Origin: Eledone cirrhosa | Lineage: Eukaryota | Assembly (NCBI GenBank): GCA_964016885.1 | Contig: OZ024758.1 | Span: 17,732,001-17,796,000 of the forward strand | Reading direction: 5' to 3' | Length of the DNA stretch: 64,000 nucleotides | Shown: piece after piece, positions 39,038-53,279 of the stretch | Numbering within the stretch: position 1 is the stretch's first letter | How the letters are laid out: the number at the start of each line of letters is the position of its first letter | The notes under the pieces: model-generated | Told to the model about the DNA's origin: nothing | What the model saw: only the letters and a program-made list of their open reading frames with translations | The model's database searches: none | Position numbers and translations under genes: made by a program

Positions 39038-39513
39038 TAGTGGTTAGAGCATTGGCCTTGCATTCGAAAGGTTGTGAGTTCAATTCTCAGACCGGGTGAT
39101 GTGTTGTTTCCTTGAGCAAGACACTTTATTTCACATTGCTCCAGTTTACTCAGCTGTAGAAATGAGATGATAGGGACTGGGGTTCCTATCATTCCACTGT
39201 AAAGTGATCGTGGAGGTGCCATGGCAAAAAAGCACCCAGCCCACACTGTAAGGTGGACGTGTAGGCGCCACAGCAACAAAGCACCCAGCACTCACTGTAG
39301 GGTGGACGTGAAGGCGCCACGGCAACAAAGCACCCAGAACTCACTTTAAGGTGGATGTGTAGGCACCACGGCAAAAAAGCACCCAGCACTCACTGTAAAT
39401 GAGGTTGGTGTTAGGAAGGGCATCCAGCTGTAGAAATCAAGCCAAAATCAGTTCCTGTCCCAACCTTGCAAGCAGGGAAAAGCAGACGTAAAATGAAATG
39501 ATGATGATGATGA
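39038..39513 (+). mobile_element. SINE-B with a ~48-bp internal unit expanded 4x
   Basis: GTGGA..GCCACGGCAA..AAAGCACCCAGCACTCACTGTAA repeated over 39209-39400. Confidence 0.9.
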
Positions 39514-39526
39514 TTCATTATTTTGA

Positions 39527-39700
39527 AGGGCGGTGGATTGCAGTAACAGTAGAGGGTTGGACGCCATGCTTTCCAGCATAGTTACGTCCTTTTACGATCT
39601 GAGTTCAAATCCCACCGAGGTTGACTTACGGGGTCGATAAAATAAAGTACCAGTAATGCACTGGGTAATTACTGGCCTTGTGCCTAAAGTAGAAACAATT
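39527..39700 (+). mobile_element. SINE-A (small internal deletion)
   Basis: Family match. Confidence 0.88.
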
Positions 39701-40326
39701 ATTTTGATGGAGTTCAACTGCCTGACACATAGAACTTGACTCAAGATACCTATGAACACATTTCAGGTATACTATATCATGTCTCATAGACAAGACAGAC
39801 TCAACTTTTTAGGAGGTCCATCTACTGCCAATACCAATTCCAAGATAAGAGTTATAGAATAAAATCAGAAATAAGATTGAAAGTGGTAAGTGCTGTGCCT
39901 TGTTGCTCTGAAGTTTAGCCTGTGCACTCACTCATGGGATCATCAAACAAGACCCATATCTGATGATACTGCCACTGTGCAGGTACAATTCCAGACTAAC
40001 AAAACACACCACTTAACCATGATAAATGAATATTCTACTTCCATAATGAATCCTGTTTCTCACATCTGTCAATGATACATATATGTATAAAAAAAATATA
40101 TATATATTATATTGGAAAATGTGTGAAATCCATGGTACAGTTAGGTATATTTAAAAATAGGAAAATAATGACTTCACTTGTATTTCTAAACAATTTAATT
40201 TAATATTATAATTTTACAATTTGGTGTTGTAGATCTACTAAATTATTTGTTAACTTCAGTTGGGAGATTTTTTTAAAGATTCCTGGTTAACTTTCCTGAG
40301 TTAACTGAGTTAACTTTCCTGAGTTT

Positions 40327-40595
40327 ATCATCTCATTTCTACAGCTGAGTAAAATTTCACATTGCTCCAGTTTACTCAGCTGTAGAAATGAGATGATAGG
40401 GACTGGGGTCCATATCATTCCACTGCAAAGTGGTCATGGAGGTGCCACGGCAAAAAAAGCACCCATCACTCACTGTAAATGAGGTTGGTGTTAGGAAGGG
40501 CATCCATCTGTAGAAATCAAGCCAGAATCAGTTCCCGTCCCACCTTTGCAGGCAAGGAAAAAGCGGATGTAAAATGAAATGAAATGAAAATGAAT
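40327..40595 (+). mobile_element. 5'-truncated SINE-B with a short 5' inversion
   Basis: ATCATCTCATTTCTACAGCTGAGTAAA (40328-40354) is the reverse complement of the internal 40371-40397 segment. Confidence 0.85.
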
Positions 40596-40667
40596 ATATA
40601 TACTTTGTTGCAATTATATGGTATATATAAATATCATTCATTTCATTTCATTTATATATATATATAT

Positions 40668-40872
40668 AGAATTGGTTACACAACAGTTAGTTCACCATAC
40701 CGAGAACAATTGTTTCACCTTAGCGGATCCTCAGCTCGTAAATAGGATCCTCTAAGGTGAAACAATTGTTCTCAGTATGGTGAACTATCTGTTGTGTAAC
40801 CAATTCTACCTACCTTGTCCCATGGACTGAGTGCTCTACCACTACGGATATTACCTTCCAGTGTTCTACCAC
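40668..40872 (+). mobile_element. Fold-back element with a hammerhead 3' half
   Basis: 63-bp arms 40668-40730 / 40745-40807; GAAAC AATT GTT at 40759; tail contains CTGAGTGC. Confidence 0.75.
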
Positions 40873-40886
40873 TATATATATATATA

Positions 40887-40917
<31 letters not shown>

Positions 40918-40920
40918 GTA

Positions 40921-41018
<98 letters not shown>

Positions 41019-41356
41019 CATGCATATATATATATATACACACACACACATATATATGTATATATATATATATATATACATGCATATATATATACACACA
41101 CGCACATATATATGTATATATATATATATATACATGCATATATATATATACACATACACACACACACACATATATATATATATGCAATTCTCGCTGAATC
41201 TATATTTGTATATATGTATATATATATATAAGCAAGACATGTTCACCCAACCCAACTTGCCTCTAATGGGACAAACCCGTCTAACCCATCCAAGCGTGGA
41301 AGATAGACGTTAAACGATGATGATGACACACACAAATATGTGTGTGTGTATATATA

Positions 41357-41700
41357 TCATCATCATCATCATTTCATTTTACGTCCGCTTTCCCCTGCTT
41401 GCAAGGGTGGGACGGGAACTGATTCTGGCTTGATTTCTACAGCTGGATGCCCTTCCTAACACCAACCTCATTTACAGTGAGTGCTGGGTGCTTTTTTTGC
41501 CGTGGCACCTCCACGACCACTTTGCAGTGGAATGATAGGGACCGCAGTCCCTATCATCTCATTTCTACAGCTGAGTAAACTGGAGCAACGTGAAATAAAG
41601 TGTCTTGCTCAAGGAAACAACACATCACCCGGTCTGAGAATTGAACTCACAACCTTTCGATTGCAAGGCCAATGCTCTAACCACTAAGCCATGTGCCTCC
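41357..41700 (-). mobile_element. SINE-B (full length)
   Basis: Family match from head to (ATG)n tail. Confidence 0.92.
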
Positions 41701-42329
41701 ATATATATAGTAAAAAATGGAACGGGAACAAAACAGAGAGGCAGTACGAATATACATATATATATATACGCACATACACACACACACACCCACACACACA
41801 CACACACACAATGTCATTATATAAATCAGGATAAAGAGAAATGAATTATACTGAAAATAAGATGTTTATAAACTTATAAAATCAAAATCTAAAGAGAATT
41901 ATTACATTCAACTCCAGTTTACACTTGTGTGTCTGAGTATGTACATGTTTGTGTGTGTGGTGCATTTTATTTACTATGTGTGTGTGCATTTATTTGTAGC
42001 AGGTGGTCGTTAAAGGCTTCTGTTTTGATTAATAGTTTGAAATTGGTGAAAACGAGTGCAATATTTATTTATTCATTTACTCTTTAGTTTTTACACCTTT
42101 TCTGTTCATTGAAAAGCAAAGCACAGAGCAAAATGTATAAATCTAACGAAGCCGCAATAAAACAAAGCACATAATTGTTATCAATACCCTAGATATACAC
42201 AAACATACATACCCAATATATATATATATATATACACACTTACACACCTAATATGTATACACAAACATACATATCCAATATATATATCATCATCCTCATC
42301 ATCTATATATATATATATATATATATATG

Positions 42330-42936
42330 GTGGCTGCCAACTCGTTTTCGAGTACGGCCACTACTTTATATCCATGTAGGAGAACCCCTACCGATGCGCT
42401 GAACAAGTGTGACTTTTTAGTCCAGCCAGCGACTTGAAAACTCTGGTACAAACACTACACTTGTGACAATTACTGACACATAGTGCTGGGCCCATGGTAC
42501 CATGTGACGACAAGTGCAGAGAGATCTCCAGATATAAAGCAATGCCTGTGCCGTGAAGCTTTTATAGTGAGCAAAGGCACTGCACAAAGCCAGTCCCACT
42601 CTCTTAACCAAGATGATATTTACCAAAAAGAAGAACAAGTCAACATCATTGGATACCATCAGGGTTGCAGGTGTTATATCAGAGTTTTCCTTCTCCTAGA
42701 ATTCTGCCTTGACAAAGGCTAAGGGGTCATCTCTCCCGGTGATTTTGGATGGCCATTGACTCTTAAGAGCTCCTTTGCCCTTTGACAGGTTTTGTTTTTA
42801 GTCCTGCAGGATGTCCAAAGTCACCCTCCTCACCAAGAAACCTTGGTGGGGTTGCCAGTTTAGTCGCCAACGACCCGACCATGGGACAGGTTGTACTGGG
42901 ATACATGTTACCAGTAGCACCAACTGGTGACCTGAC

Positions 42937-42937
<1 letters not shown>
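42330..42937 (-). mobile_element. Probable LINE (RTE-like) 5' UTR fragment, structured
   Basis: GC-richer island between (TA)n tracts; TAGGAGAAGGAAAACTCTG motif recalled from RTE-type UTRs; several hairpins. Confidence 0.5.
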
Positions 42938-42980
<43 letters not shown>

Positions 42981-43140
42981 TATACATACCTAACATGTAT
43001 GCACAAACATACACACCCAATATATATACATATATATACACACATACACACCTAACATGTATGCATAAACATACACACCCGATATATATACATATATATA
43101 TACACACATACACACCTAATATGTATACACAAACATACAT

Positions 43141-43179
<39 letters not shown>

Positions 43180-43619
43180 CTATACATACCTAACATGTAT
43201 GCACAAACATACACACCCAATATATATACATTTATATACACACACATACACACCTAACATGTATACACAAACATACATATCCAATATATATACATATATA
43301 TACACACACACATACACACCTAACATGTATACACAACATTCTAGATATATACACACACAGAACAACTAATTTTAGTAAAAAGAAAGACTGTAATATATAA
43401 AATAAATATATATATATACAATGATATTAATAAATGGAAACTATATTTATAAAACCATATTTATTCTATTATATATATTTCAAGGGTACCAAAACTTTGA
43501 TGATGATATATAAGTATCATCATAAGGGGTTTGAATAAGTGGAGGTTGGAAAATTGGTAATTTTTCTAGATTGTCATGGCTGATTTTTAAAAACCAGAAT
43601 TAGTTGTTTAGTTTACATA

Positions 43620-43805
43620 TTGTTTCTACTTTAGGCACAAGGCCAGCAATTAAACAGTACATTACTGGTACTTTATTTTATCGACCCCGTAAGGATGAAA
43701 GGCAAAGTCAACCTCGGCGGGATTTGAACTCAGATCGTAAAGGGACGTAACTATTCTGGAAAGCATGGCGTCCGACCCTCTACTGATACTGCCAATCCAC
43801 CGCCG
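43620..43805 (-). mobile_element. SINE-A
   Basis: Family match; flanked by TTTAGTTTACATATTG on both sides. Confidence 0.9.
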
Positions 43806-44329
43806 GTTTAGTTTAGTTTACATATTGAGTTTACATGTTTAGTTTACATATTGAGACTCCAACATATCCGATTTATTATATAAAGCATGGGTTTTCTATT
43901 AATGCACAATTTTGTCATATAATGTATTTTAATGTGAAAAGAAAATTAAATGTTGTAGGAATACTATCACCTAAAATAAAATTTCACAGAAGATAGTTTA
44001 GCAAAATTTAATAAGCAAGGGAAGTTGGAATAAGAGTGGGGGCATTGGGGGGAACTGAAAAATGAATCAGCAGTGGAGGGGTGGAATGATTATTTGAGAC
44101 CTGAGAGTAGATATTCATCACACTAGAATACAGGTTGCAGATTTGGGACAGAATTACTTCTACAAATGCTTGCATTTCAGAATACTTTCAAACAACAAAA
44201 TTATTTGATATTTTAATAAATCATTATTTGGTTACATAAATACAATTTACACCCAATCAATCTCTTCTAAGATTAAAGCAATAGTTTGTGTGTGTCTGGA
44301 ACTAACAAACCATTAACTAATAGCAAATC

Positions 44330-44389
<60 letters not shown>

Positions 44390-44395
44390 GTATAT

Positions 44396-44438
<43 letters not shown>

Positions 44439-44549
44439 TTTTGCGAGGTTTTTTATATGAAATTGTGTGTCGAAACAAATATTGTTATGCAATATATTAC
44501 ACAAATATGACCCTCCCCAAGTATAACAATATATATATATATATATATA

Positions 44550-44888
44550 TCATCATTTCATTTCATTTTACGTCCGCTTTTTCCCTGCTTGCAAGGGTGG
44601 GACGGGAACTGATTTTGGCTTGATTTCTACAGCTGGATGCCCTTCCTAACACCAACCTCATTTACAGTGAGTGCTGGGTGCTTTTTTGTCATGGCACCTC
44701 CACGACCACTTTGCAGTGGAATGATATGGACCCCAGTCCCTATCATCTCATTTCTACAGCTGAGTAAACTGCAGCAATGTGAAATAAAGTGTCTTGCTCA
44801 AGGAAACAACACATCACCCTGTCTGAGAATTGAACTCACAACCTTTCGATTGCAAGGCCAATGCTCTAACCACTAAGCCATGTGCCAC
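44550..44888 (-). mobile_element. SINE-B (full length)
   Basis: Family match. Confidence 0.92.
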
Positions 44889-45214
44889 CATATATATATA
44901 TATTGTTATGCTTTCGGAGGGTCATGTTGCCAATAAGAAACACATGCACCAGTTGCTTTCACTCCAATTTATTATAAATTAAATTTATAAATTTAAGAAT
45001 TTATACATTTCTGGTTGGTTGGTTCCACAACCGGACGGTTGTTCATATATTGTCAAAGTTCTTTCGTCACACATTCTGTGACCTCTTCAGTGACTGGGGA
45101 TTCTTTTCTTTGTTTTTGTGCCTCCCCTTTGTTCTGTCCTACGCCATCTTGTTTTTGTGTATATATATATATACACACATACACATATATATATAGACAC
45201 ACACACATATATAT

Positions 45215-45321
<107 letters not shown>

Positions 45322-45662
45322 TACATATACATATATAAATCAATTCACATATCATTATCGTTATTGTTCACTAACTTGAGTCTCATACTATAAATCTTTA
45401 TTGCCACAACTGAGATTCTTTGAATTCAAACACTAGCTAAAATTTTTCCCTAGAGACATCAGTTTAAACTAAGGATTCCTAATGAATTTAGACCATCAAC
45501 TTTTCACCAAATTCAGGCATGTATAAAAATAAATAATAAATGAATAAATATATCAGTTAAAAGAATTTAAACTATATTGACATTGAAAATTAATTATATA
45601 TAAAGCAGATATATGTACAAATTTGTATTATTATTGGCCCTTGTGGGCAATAAATGAAATCA

Positions 45663-46045
45663 TTGGTGAATTGGCAATATCGGTAGAGGGTTTGATGCCA
45701 TGCTTTCCAGTATAGTTACATCCCTTTACAGTCTGAGTTCAAATCCCGCCGAGGTTAATTTTGCCTTTCATCCTTACGGCGTCGATAAAATAAAGTACCA
45801 GTAATACACTGGTTAATTTGCTGGCCTTGTGCCTAAAGTAGAAACAATTATTATTATTGTTAGGGCGGTGGATTGGCAGTATCGGTAGAGGGTAGGATGC
45901 CATGCTTTGACACATAGAGTTACGGCCCTTGCTATTCTGAGTTCAAATCACGCCGAGGTTAACTTTGCCTTTCATCCTTACGGGGTCGATAAAATAAAGT
46001 ACCAGTAATGCGCTGGCCTTGAGCCTAATATAGAAACAATTATTA
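45663..46045 (+). mobile_element. Two tandem SINE-A copies
   Basis: Family match, ATT tails. Confidence 0.9.
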
Positions 46046-46104
46046 TTATTATTTGGCAGTATTGGTAGAGTGTAAGGAAGAGGAAACTTCAGTATGTTGG
46101 TCAT

Positions 46105-46325
46105 GTCATCAGGCCCCCTAATTTGACTACCCACATTCTTGAGGGAGGAATACTAGGGAGAAGGGCCGGGGGATGGCAGAAAAGGCGATGGACAGATGAT
46201 ATTAATGATTGGAAAGGAAGGAGTTTGGTTGATTGTACAGCAATTGCAAGAGACAGGAAAAGATGTAGAGTGCTGGTTCATAAATCTATAGCCCCTGACT
46301 CTCAGATATGAGGATTCGATGAGGC
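46105..46325 (+). mobile_element. RTE-like LINE C-terminal fragment
   Basis: ILEGGILGRRAGGWQKRRWTDDINDW...ARDRKR. Confidence 0.75.
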
Positions 46326-46339
46326 TAGGCACCGTTTTC

Positions 46340-47250
46340 TGTATTCCCATGTCTTATACAGATAGTCATGTTTGGCCCAAAATTTCAGCAAGACTATTTG
46401 AGTAGTCTTGTCGAACTCTGGGGTTGATGCTGACAAATTACAGCACACCTGGCCAATACATTAGTTTATGAATTCCCATTTTTTATACAGATGCTCATGT
46501 TTTGCCCAAGATTTCAGTGAGACTATTTGGGTAGTCACATCCAACTCTGGGAGGTTAATGCTAACAAATTAGATAACAACTGGCCAATACATTAGTTTAT
46601 GTATTCCCGTTTTTTATACAGATGCTCATGTTTTGCCCAAGATTTCAGTGAGACTATTTGGGTAGTCACATCCAACTCTGGGGGGTTAATACTAACAAAT
46701 TAGATAACAACTGGCCAATACATTAGTTTATGTATTCCCGTTTTTTATACAGATGCTCATGTTTTGCCCAAGATTTCAGTGAGACTATTTGGGTAGTCAC
46801 ATCCAACTCTGGGAGGTTAATGCTAACAAATTAGATAACAACTGGCCAATACATTAGTTTATGTATTCCCGTTTTTTATACAGATGCTCATGTTTTGCCC
46901 AAGATTTCAGTGAGACTATTTGGGTAGTCACATCCATCTCTGGGGGGTTAATGCTAACAAATTAGATAACAACTGGCCAATACATTAGTTTATGTATTCC
47001 CGTTTTTTATACAGATGCCCAGGTTTGGCCCAAAATTTCAGTGAGACCATTTGGATAATCCTATCCAAGTCTGAGGGGTTAATGCTGACAAATTAGAGGA
47101 CACCTGATCAATACATCTTTTTATGCATTCCTATTTTTTATATAGATGCCCAGGTTTGGCCCAAAATTTCAGTGAGACCATTTGGGTAGTCTTATCCAAA
47201 TCTGAGGGGTTAATGCAGGCAAATTAGAGGAAACCTGGTCAATACATGAA
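46340..47250. repeat. 131-bp minisatellite, ~7 copies
   Basis: CAGATGCTCATG starts at 46488, 46619 and 46750; central copies are nearly identical. Confidence 0.95.
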
Positions 47251-47862
47251 TTTCATCAACCTCAGAAGTCTGGACGTCTTCCATTCCCACTACAAAATCG
47301 TCATGGGTACTATCTCAGCCCCTGGATATAAAAATGAATGAAAGCAATCTGCAGTTTAATTCATACTTATTCAGTAGGCAATAATTTTCTCTAGATCAAC
47401 TACTGATATAATACTGAACAGATATAATACAGATATCACGAGGCAATATTGTATAGATGATTGCTGGCATAATATTAAAAGAGATAACTCAACACGGAAA
47501 TCTTACAAGGAAATTTCTTTTCTGAATATATTTTCAAAAACTGCTTTTATTCTACACAAACACACACCACATAAATGTGTGTGAATATATTATTGTGTAA
47601 ATAGGTGAGCAAGCAAGTATGAAGGAGTGTGTAGTGTATCTTGTTCAGCATTTTTCTCTTTTGCTTTCAATCAATCTGTAGTATTACTTATAACATTCTT
47701 CCTTCATTTCTTTGTTCTTTGCAATATTTTCACACACACACACACTCACACACACACACATCGATTTATATATATGTATATATATATATATATATATATA
47801 GATGTACACATATATATATATATAGATGTACATATATATGTATATATATATATATATATAGA

Positions 47863-47900
<38 letters not shown>

Positions 47901-47944
47901 TGTACATATATATAGATGTACATATATATATATGTATATATAGA

Positions 47945-47985
<41 letters not shown>

Positions 47986-48111
47986 CTATATATATAGATG
48001 TACATATATATATGTATATATATGTAATTATATATATAGATAACTATGTATTTCTATGTATAAATATGATATGCATATATATGTATATACACATAAATAT
48101 ATATATATATA

Positions 48112-48157
<46 letters not shown>

Positions 48158-48888
48158 TGTATATATATGTAACTATATATATATATATTTAACTATGTAT
48201 ATATGATTATATATATGTATAAATATGATATACATATCAATGTATATATACATAACTATATACATATATAGTTATATCTATATAACTGTATGTATATATA
48301 TATAACTATATGTATGTATATAACTATGGGTATACACAAATATATATGTACTTATAACTATATGTATATATATAACTATATGTATACACACATATATATA
48401 TGTATATAACTATATGTATACACAAATATATATATGTATATAACTATAGGTATATATATATATATAACTATATGTATTACAATATTTCTATTTTATCTAT
48501 GTTTAGATTACTGCTTTTAGTTTTCTCCTTCCTATCTGTTGCGAGTAAGGGATTATGTAAAGATTTCCATTATTATCAAGAATATTTATAAGATCTATTA
48601 TTATTATGATTATTGGAAAATATGATAAATAAATAACAAAATGAAAACTGTATATTATAATCTCCTGCAATTATTAATATTGCTAACAAGTATATATGAA
48701 TAGTGTGTATATGTATAGATGTTATATGTTGTATTATGAATGAGAGGTGAATGTTCTCTGTAAATGTATATGTGTGTATGTATATGTACAAGCATATATA
48801 TATGTATATCTATGTATGTATATATATGTATAAGTTTGTGGGTTTGAGTATTGCTATACTTAATATTGTATTTATCTCAATATATTCC

Positions 48889-48934
<46 letters not shown>

Positions 48935-48992
48935 ATAATAATAAATGTGAAGACTAAAATTTTGCTTAAACTTTAATCTGTTATTTTAATAA

Positions 48993-49026
<34 letters not shown>

Positions 49027-49587
49027 ATGGTGGTGTTTGTGGTAGCTGTGTGTGTGTATGAAGATATGTGAAATATGAAGCAACAATATATGTGGTTGAT
49101 ATGGTCTTTTATTGAGAGACAAGAAAAACTGTTCTAATCTTTATAAATATATTTCAGATACTAGTTTAAAACACACACACAGTCTCTCTCTCATACCCAC
49201 AGATTATATGTAGGAATATAGGACTACCTAAACATATTTTTTTTAAGTCAATTTAAAATTCTTCACGATTTAATAATTTTGGTTAGAAATTCCAAATGTT
49301 TATTTAGCTTCATATACATGTAGTTTTTTCTGATCAAAAGGTAACAGACATGCAGAAAAAACTACATGTTTGTTACCTTTTGATCCTTTAAGGTCAATTA
49401 CTGTATTTCCTGGCACCAAAGATGCTTCATCCTCAATGATGCACCGTATTTTTGAAAAAAACTAATAAACAACCTTTGGCCTCCTGGACGCATGGTAGAT
49501 TTTTGAGACTTATTTTAGGAAAAAAGTCACGTCTTCAACACCGGGAAATATGGTAAATAATGTACCAGTGAAATGGTACCATGTTGT

Positions 49588-49855
49588 GGAGGCGCATGGC
49601 TGAGTGGTAAGGTTCTTGGTGGACTTACAATCATAATATTGGGAGGAGGTTTGATTCCCGGGCTTGGGTGAGTGTTGTGTTCTTGAACAAAACACTTCAT
49701 TTCATGTTGTTCCAGTATACTCAGCTGAAAATGAGTACCAGCAATAGCTGGGGGTTTAGCCCTGTGATGGACTGGCGTCCTGTCCAAGAGGGGAGTCTTC
49801 TACTCTCAGTCACTTCATGCCATGAAATTGGGATAAGCACCACCCTAACGAGACT
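49588..49855 (+). mobile_element. SINE with a B-type head and core but a different tail
   Basis: TGGCTGAGTGG A box; GTGTTGTGTTCTTGAACAAAACACTT core; tail CCCTGTGATGGACTGGCGTCCTGTCC. Confidence 0.75.
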
Positions 49856-49860
49856 TCTGG

Positions 49861-50098
49861 TTTACCCCATTGGCATTTACATTAATCTATATTTAATCTA
49901 TATTTAAGTGTATTTTTATGGTAAAGGCTTCACCTGACACAATTATCTCACATAATATCGAATTTATGAAATTTTGATATTATTTATTATGAGAATAATA
50001 CCTTAACATCAGTATGAGCAGCTGGTTTCAGCCAGTTTGAACAGAAAGGGGGAGAAAATTCTGGCCAGATATGGCCAGTTTAAATGCTAAAGAGTTAA
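49861..50098 (-). mobile_element. piggyBac-like MITE
   Basis: Ends AAATGCTAAAGAG TTAA; body matches 27415. Confidence 0.8.
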
Positions 50099-51524
50099 GA
50101 CAGACTTTAGACTTAAACTTTAGATCAGTCATGTACTCCGGTTGATATAGATGACTTTTACAACCTTGTAGATTGATGTCTCCTTGTCTAAATTAGAAAC
50201 TATTATTTAGCCACAGCTAAATCCTCTTTCAGCAGAATTATCAGTAAATAGGATTTTACTCATAACATTTCCTATTTGTTTCCAACCAACTTACAACTTA
50301 TAAACTGCACAGCTTTCAAGTTGTTTCTTAGTCATATGTCTACAATCTCAAAGAAAAATGTCATGTAGTCGGATTAAACCCCTTAGCTGCATAGAAATAT
50401 CTGTCCTCATAATTAGTGATTACATTGCAGTATTGCAGTATTTCTAATGAAATATACTGCATTTTAATTAAGTAAGTAAGCATTTGAAAGGATTTACTAT
50501 AATTATTAATGATTTCATTAAGATGGTATTTGTAACTTAACAAAGCATTCTTATATCAAGTTATGATGGTAGATTATAATATAAATAGAAACCATTTAAA
50601 ATCGCTGGTTTTGATTAATAGAACAAGAGAGAGTTTAAGGGAAGGTCAGAATCAAATGGTTAAATTAATTTGGCATTCTTGGCCTTCCCATAACAATCAG
50701 ACACATGTAGGTAAACCTATAGGGACTTCTATACAGAGCCAACAGAAGGAATCACATGACTCCATCTTGTTTAACCAATAAACATTACACATTAATAATG
50801 CTTCTAATCCAAGAAATCCACAAAGTATTATATGCACTTTGGGGTTCCCCCAAAAGTTTCTGAACTAAAAAGTGTTCTGTGTTTTTGAAAAAGGTTGTGA
50901 AACCTTGTTTTAATCAAACAAATTAAAGAAGGCAATCAGTGTGACCACTTAACTAGCTAAAAATTGCAGGCAGATATTTCTAGTATCATACTACCATCTT
51001 AAAATAATAGTGTATATTTTAACAGAGTAGCTGCTACTTGGGCACCAGTGATAAAAAGTTAGCTGTAAAATCACTTCTGAGACACACTAGGTAATCTTAA
51101 AAATAAACAATATAGTCCTGGATACACTATGCCTGAAAACCATTGTTGTATGGTTAAGAAATTTGCTTCACAATCATGAGGTCTCTTGGGTAAATAACTT
51201 TACTAAAGCCTCACAAAACCCGCATTAAAATCCATTCTTTGGATGGTACCTCTAATTGAAAGATTTAGTAACGACACTTAATGATAAGCTGAATCAGATT
51301 TAGGAATTATGTTATGAGTATATGTGTCTACATGTGTCTGTGGAATAAAAAAAACCACCTACATGTTAATCCATCATATTATTTGTTACAAAGTAAACAA
51401 TGAACTAAAGAGAGAGTGTGAAAAAAATAGTAAATATAGAGTAATGTAAATGCTAAAGGGTTAAACATTAAATAAAACCAGCCATGAAAATCATGAACAT
51501 ACAATTGACTTAGTCACCTTACGT

Positions 51525-52295
51525 GCTAGAAATAGCTACCAATTCTGCCTCAGGACATTAAATAATGTAGTTATAGATACAATGAATGTATTTGATCCCA
51601 CGTCTAATCAATCAGAGCTGATCTGGGCTTAAATAACAATACAATACACAACTCCTTATACATTAGATGTTCATTTGATTGAACAACAATGTTGATGGCC
51701 AAAACTAATAGAGGATCCATCATTGAGTCTGAATAAATGAAACCAAAAATGTACTAGAAATAGCAACCACATTTACCTCAGCACATTAAATAATGTAGTT
51801 GTAGATACACTGAATGTATTTGATCCTACATCTACTCAGAGCTGATCTGGGTTTAAATAACAATTCAATACTTGACTACTTATATATTATTGTTGGAATA
51901 AATGAAACCAAAAATGTACTAGAAATAGCAACCAAATTTACCTCAGCACATTAAATAATTGTTTCTACTTTTGGCACAAGGCCAGCAATTCACCAGTACA
52001 TTACTGGTACTTTATTTTATCGACCCCGTAAGGACGAAAGGCAAAGTTAACCTCAATGGGATTTGAACTCAGACCATAAAGGGACATAACTATGCTAATG
52101 TCATATATACACTAAATGTATTTGATCCCACATCTACTTAATCAGAGCTGATCTGGGGTTAAATAATAATTCAATACTTGACTACTTATATATTAACTCA
52201 AGAGTTAGATGTTCATTTCATTGAACAACAGTGTGTTGATGGCCAAAACTAACAGAGGATCCATCATTGTGGCTGAATGAATGAAACAAAAACGG
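51525..52295. repeat. Imperfect tandem triplication of a ~150-240-bp unit with a partial SINE-A insert (51956-52095)
   Basis: CTAGAAATAGC...CATTAAATAAT...CAGAGCTGATCTGGG recurs three times. Confidence 0.8.
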
Positions 52296-52609
52296 AATAG
52301 TTACAACCATAGAAATCTTGATCACAGGTTTGTTCAATCATGGTTGATTGGGGTTAAACAACGATAATGTCTAATCTGTGCTTTTTACCTACAACATCAA
52401 TTTAACATAACTTCTTCTCCCAACATCAACACATCAGCAATCTAACAAAAGTGTGTAATAACAAAGCAGTATAAATCAATTCAGACATATAATCTGTTTT
52501 TAGTGAATTCCATTCTCTCTACTGTTTACTTACAGTGCAACAAAATTCTAACACCTGACAACATCAATTTGTAAAACTTCAATGCACATGTATTCTTTGT
52601 TTCATTATT

Positions 52610-53200
52610 TATTTACTTGTTTATATAGCCCAAACTAATGCCTACTTATATTACTTATGAAGATGACTATTATAATAGTTTTTCTATTCTTTTACTGACT
52701 TCCTTCAGCAGGGCCAGATTGAATAAGGGGCAAAGAGGGAAATTGCTCCAAACCTTCCGCAGTGTGTGGCCCCACTACCAACGGCTGTAAACATTTATTT
52801 GTGCCCTAAGCTGAGCTTTTTAGTTTTAGGATGATTAACATTTTGTATTTGATACTATTTTTTTACTTGGTTATATAGCTCAAACTATTGCCTACATATA
52901 ATTGTTTCTGCTTTTGACACAATGACATCAATTATCCCAGTGCATTACTGGTACTTTATTTTATCGACCCCGTAAGGATGAAAGACAAAGTTAACCTCAG
53001 CCTACATATAATACTTATGAAGATGACTATTAAAATAGTTCTTGTATTCTTTTACTAGCTTCCGTCAGCAGGGCCCGATTAAATAAGGGTCAAAGTGGGA
53101 AATTGCTCCAAGCATTCTACAGTGTGGGGCCCCACCACCAACAGCTGTAAACATTTCTTTGTGCCCTCAGCTGGGCTTTTTAGATTTAGAATGGTTAGAA
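52610..53200. repeat. ~240-bp tandem duplication; the second copy carries a partial SINE-A with TSD GCCTACATATAAT
   Basis: TTACTT.G.TTATATAGC...CAGCAGGGCC...GTGCCCT repeated. Confidence 0.85.
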
Positions 53201-53279
53201 TTTTTGCGTACCTGTATGTATAACTTTCAATTCCAAATATTTACACCAAGCTAACTTTGATAAAGTAAAATTTTAGTGA

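Noticed and set aside
39890-40075. Possible exon or signal-peptide-like frame
   Set aside because: Early stops in the candidate minus-strand frames and no consistent splice pair
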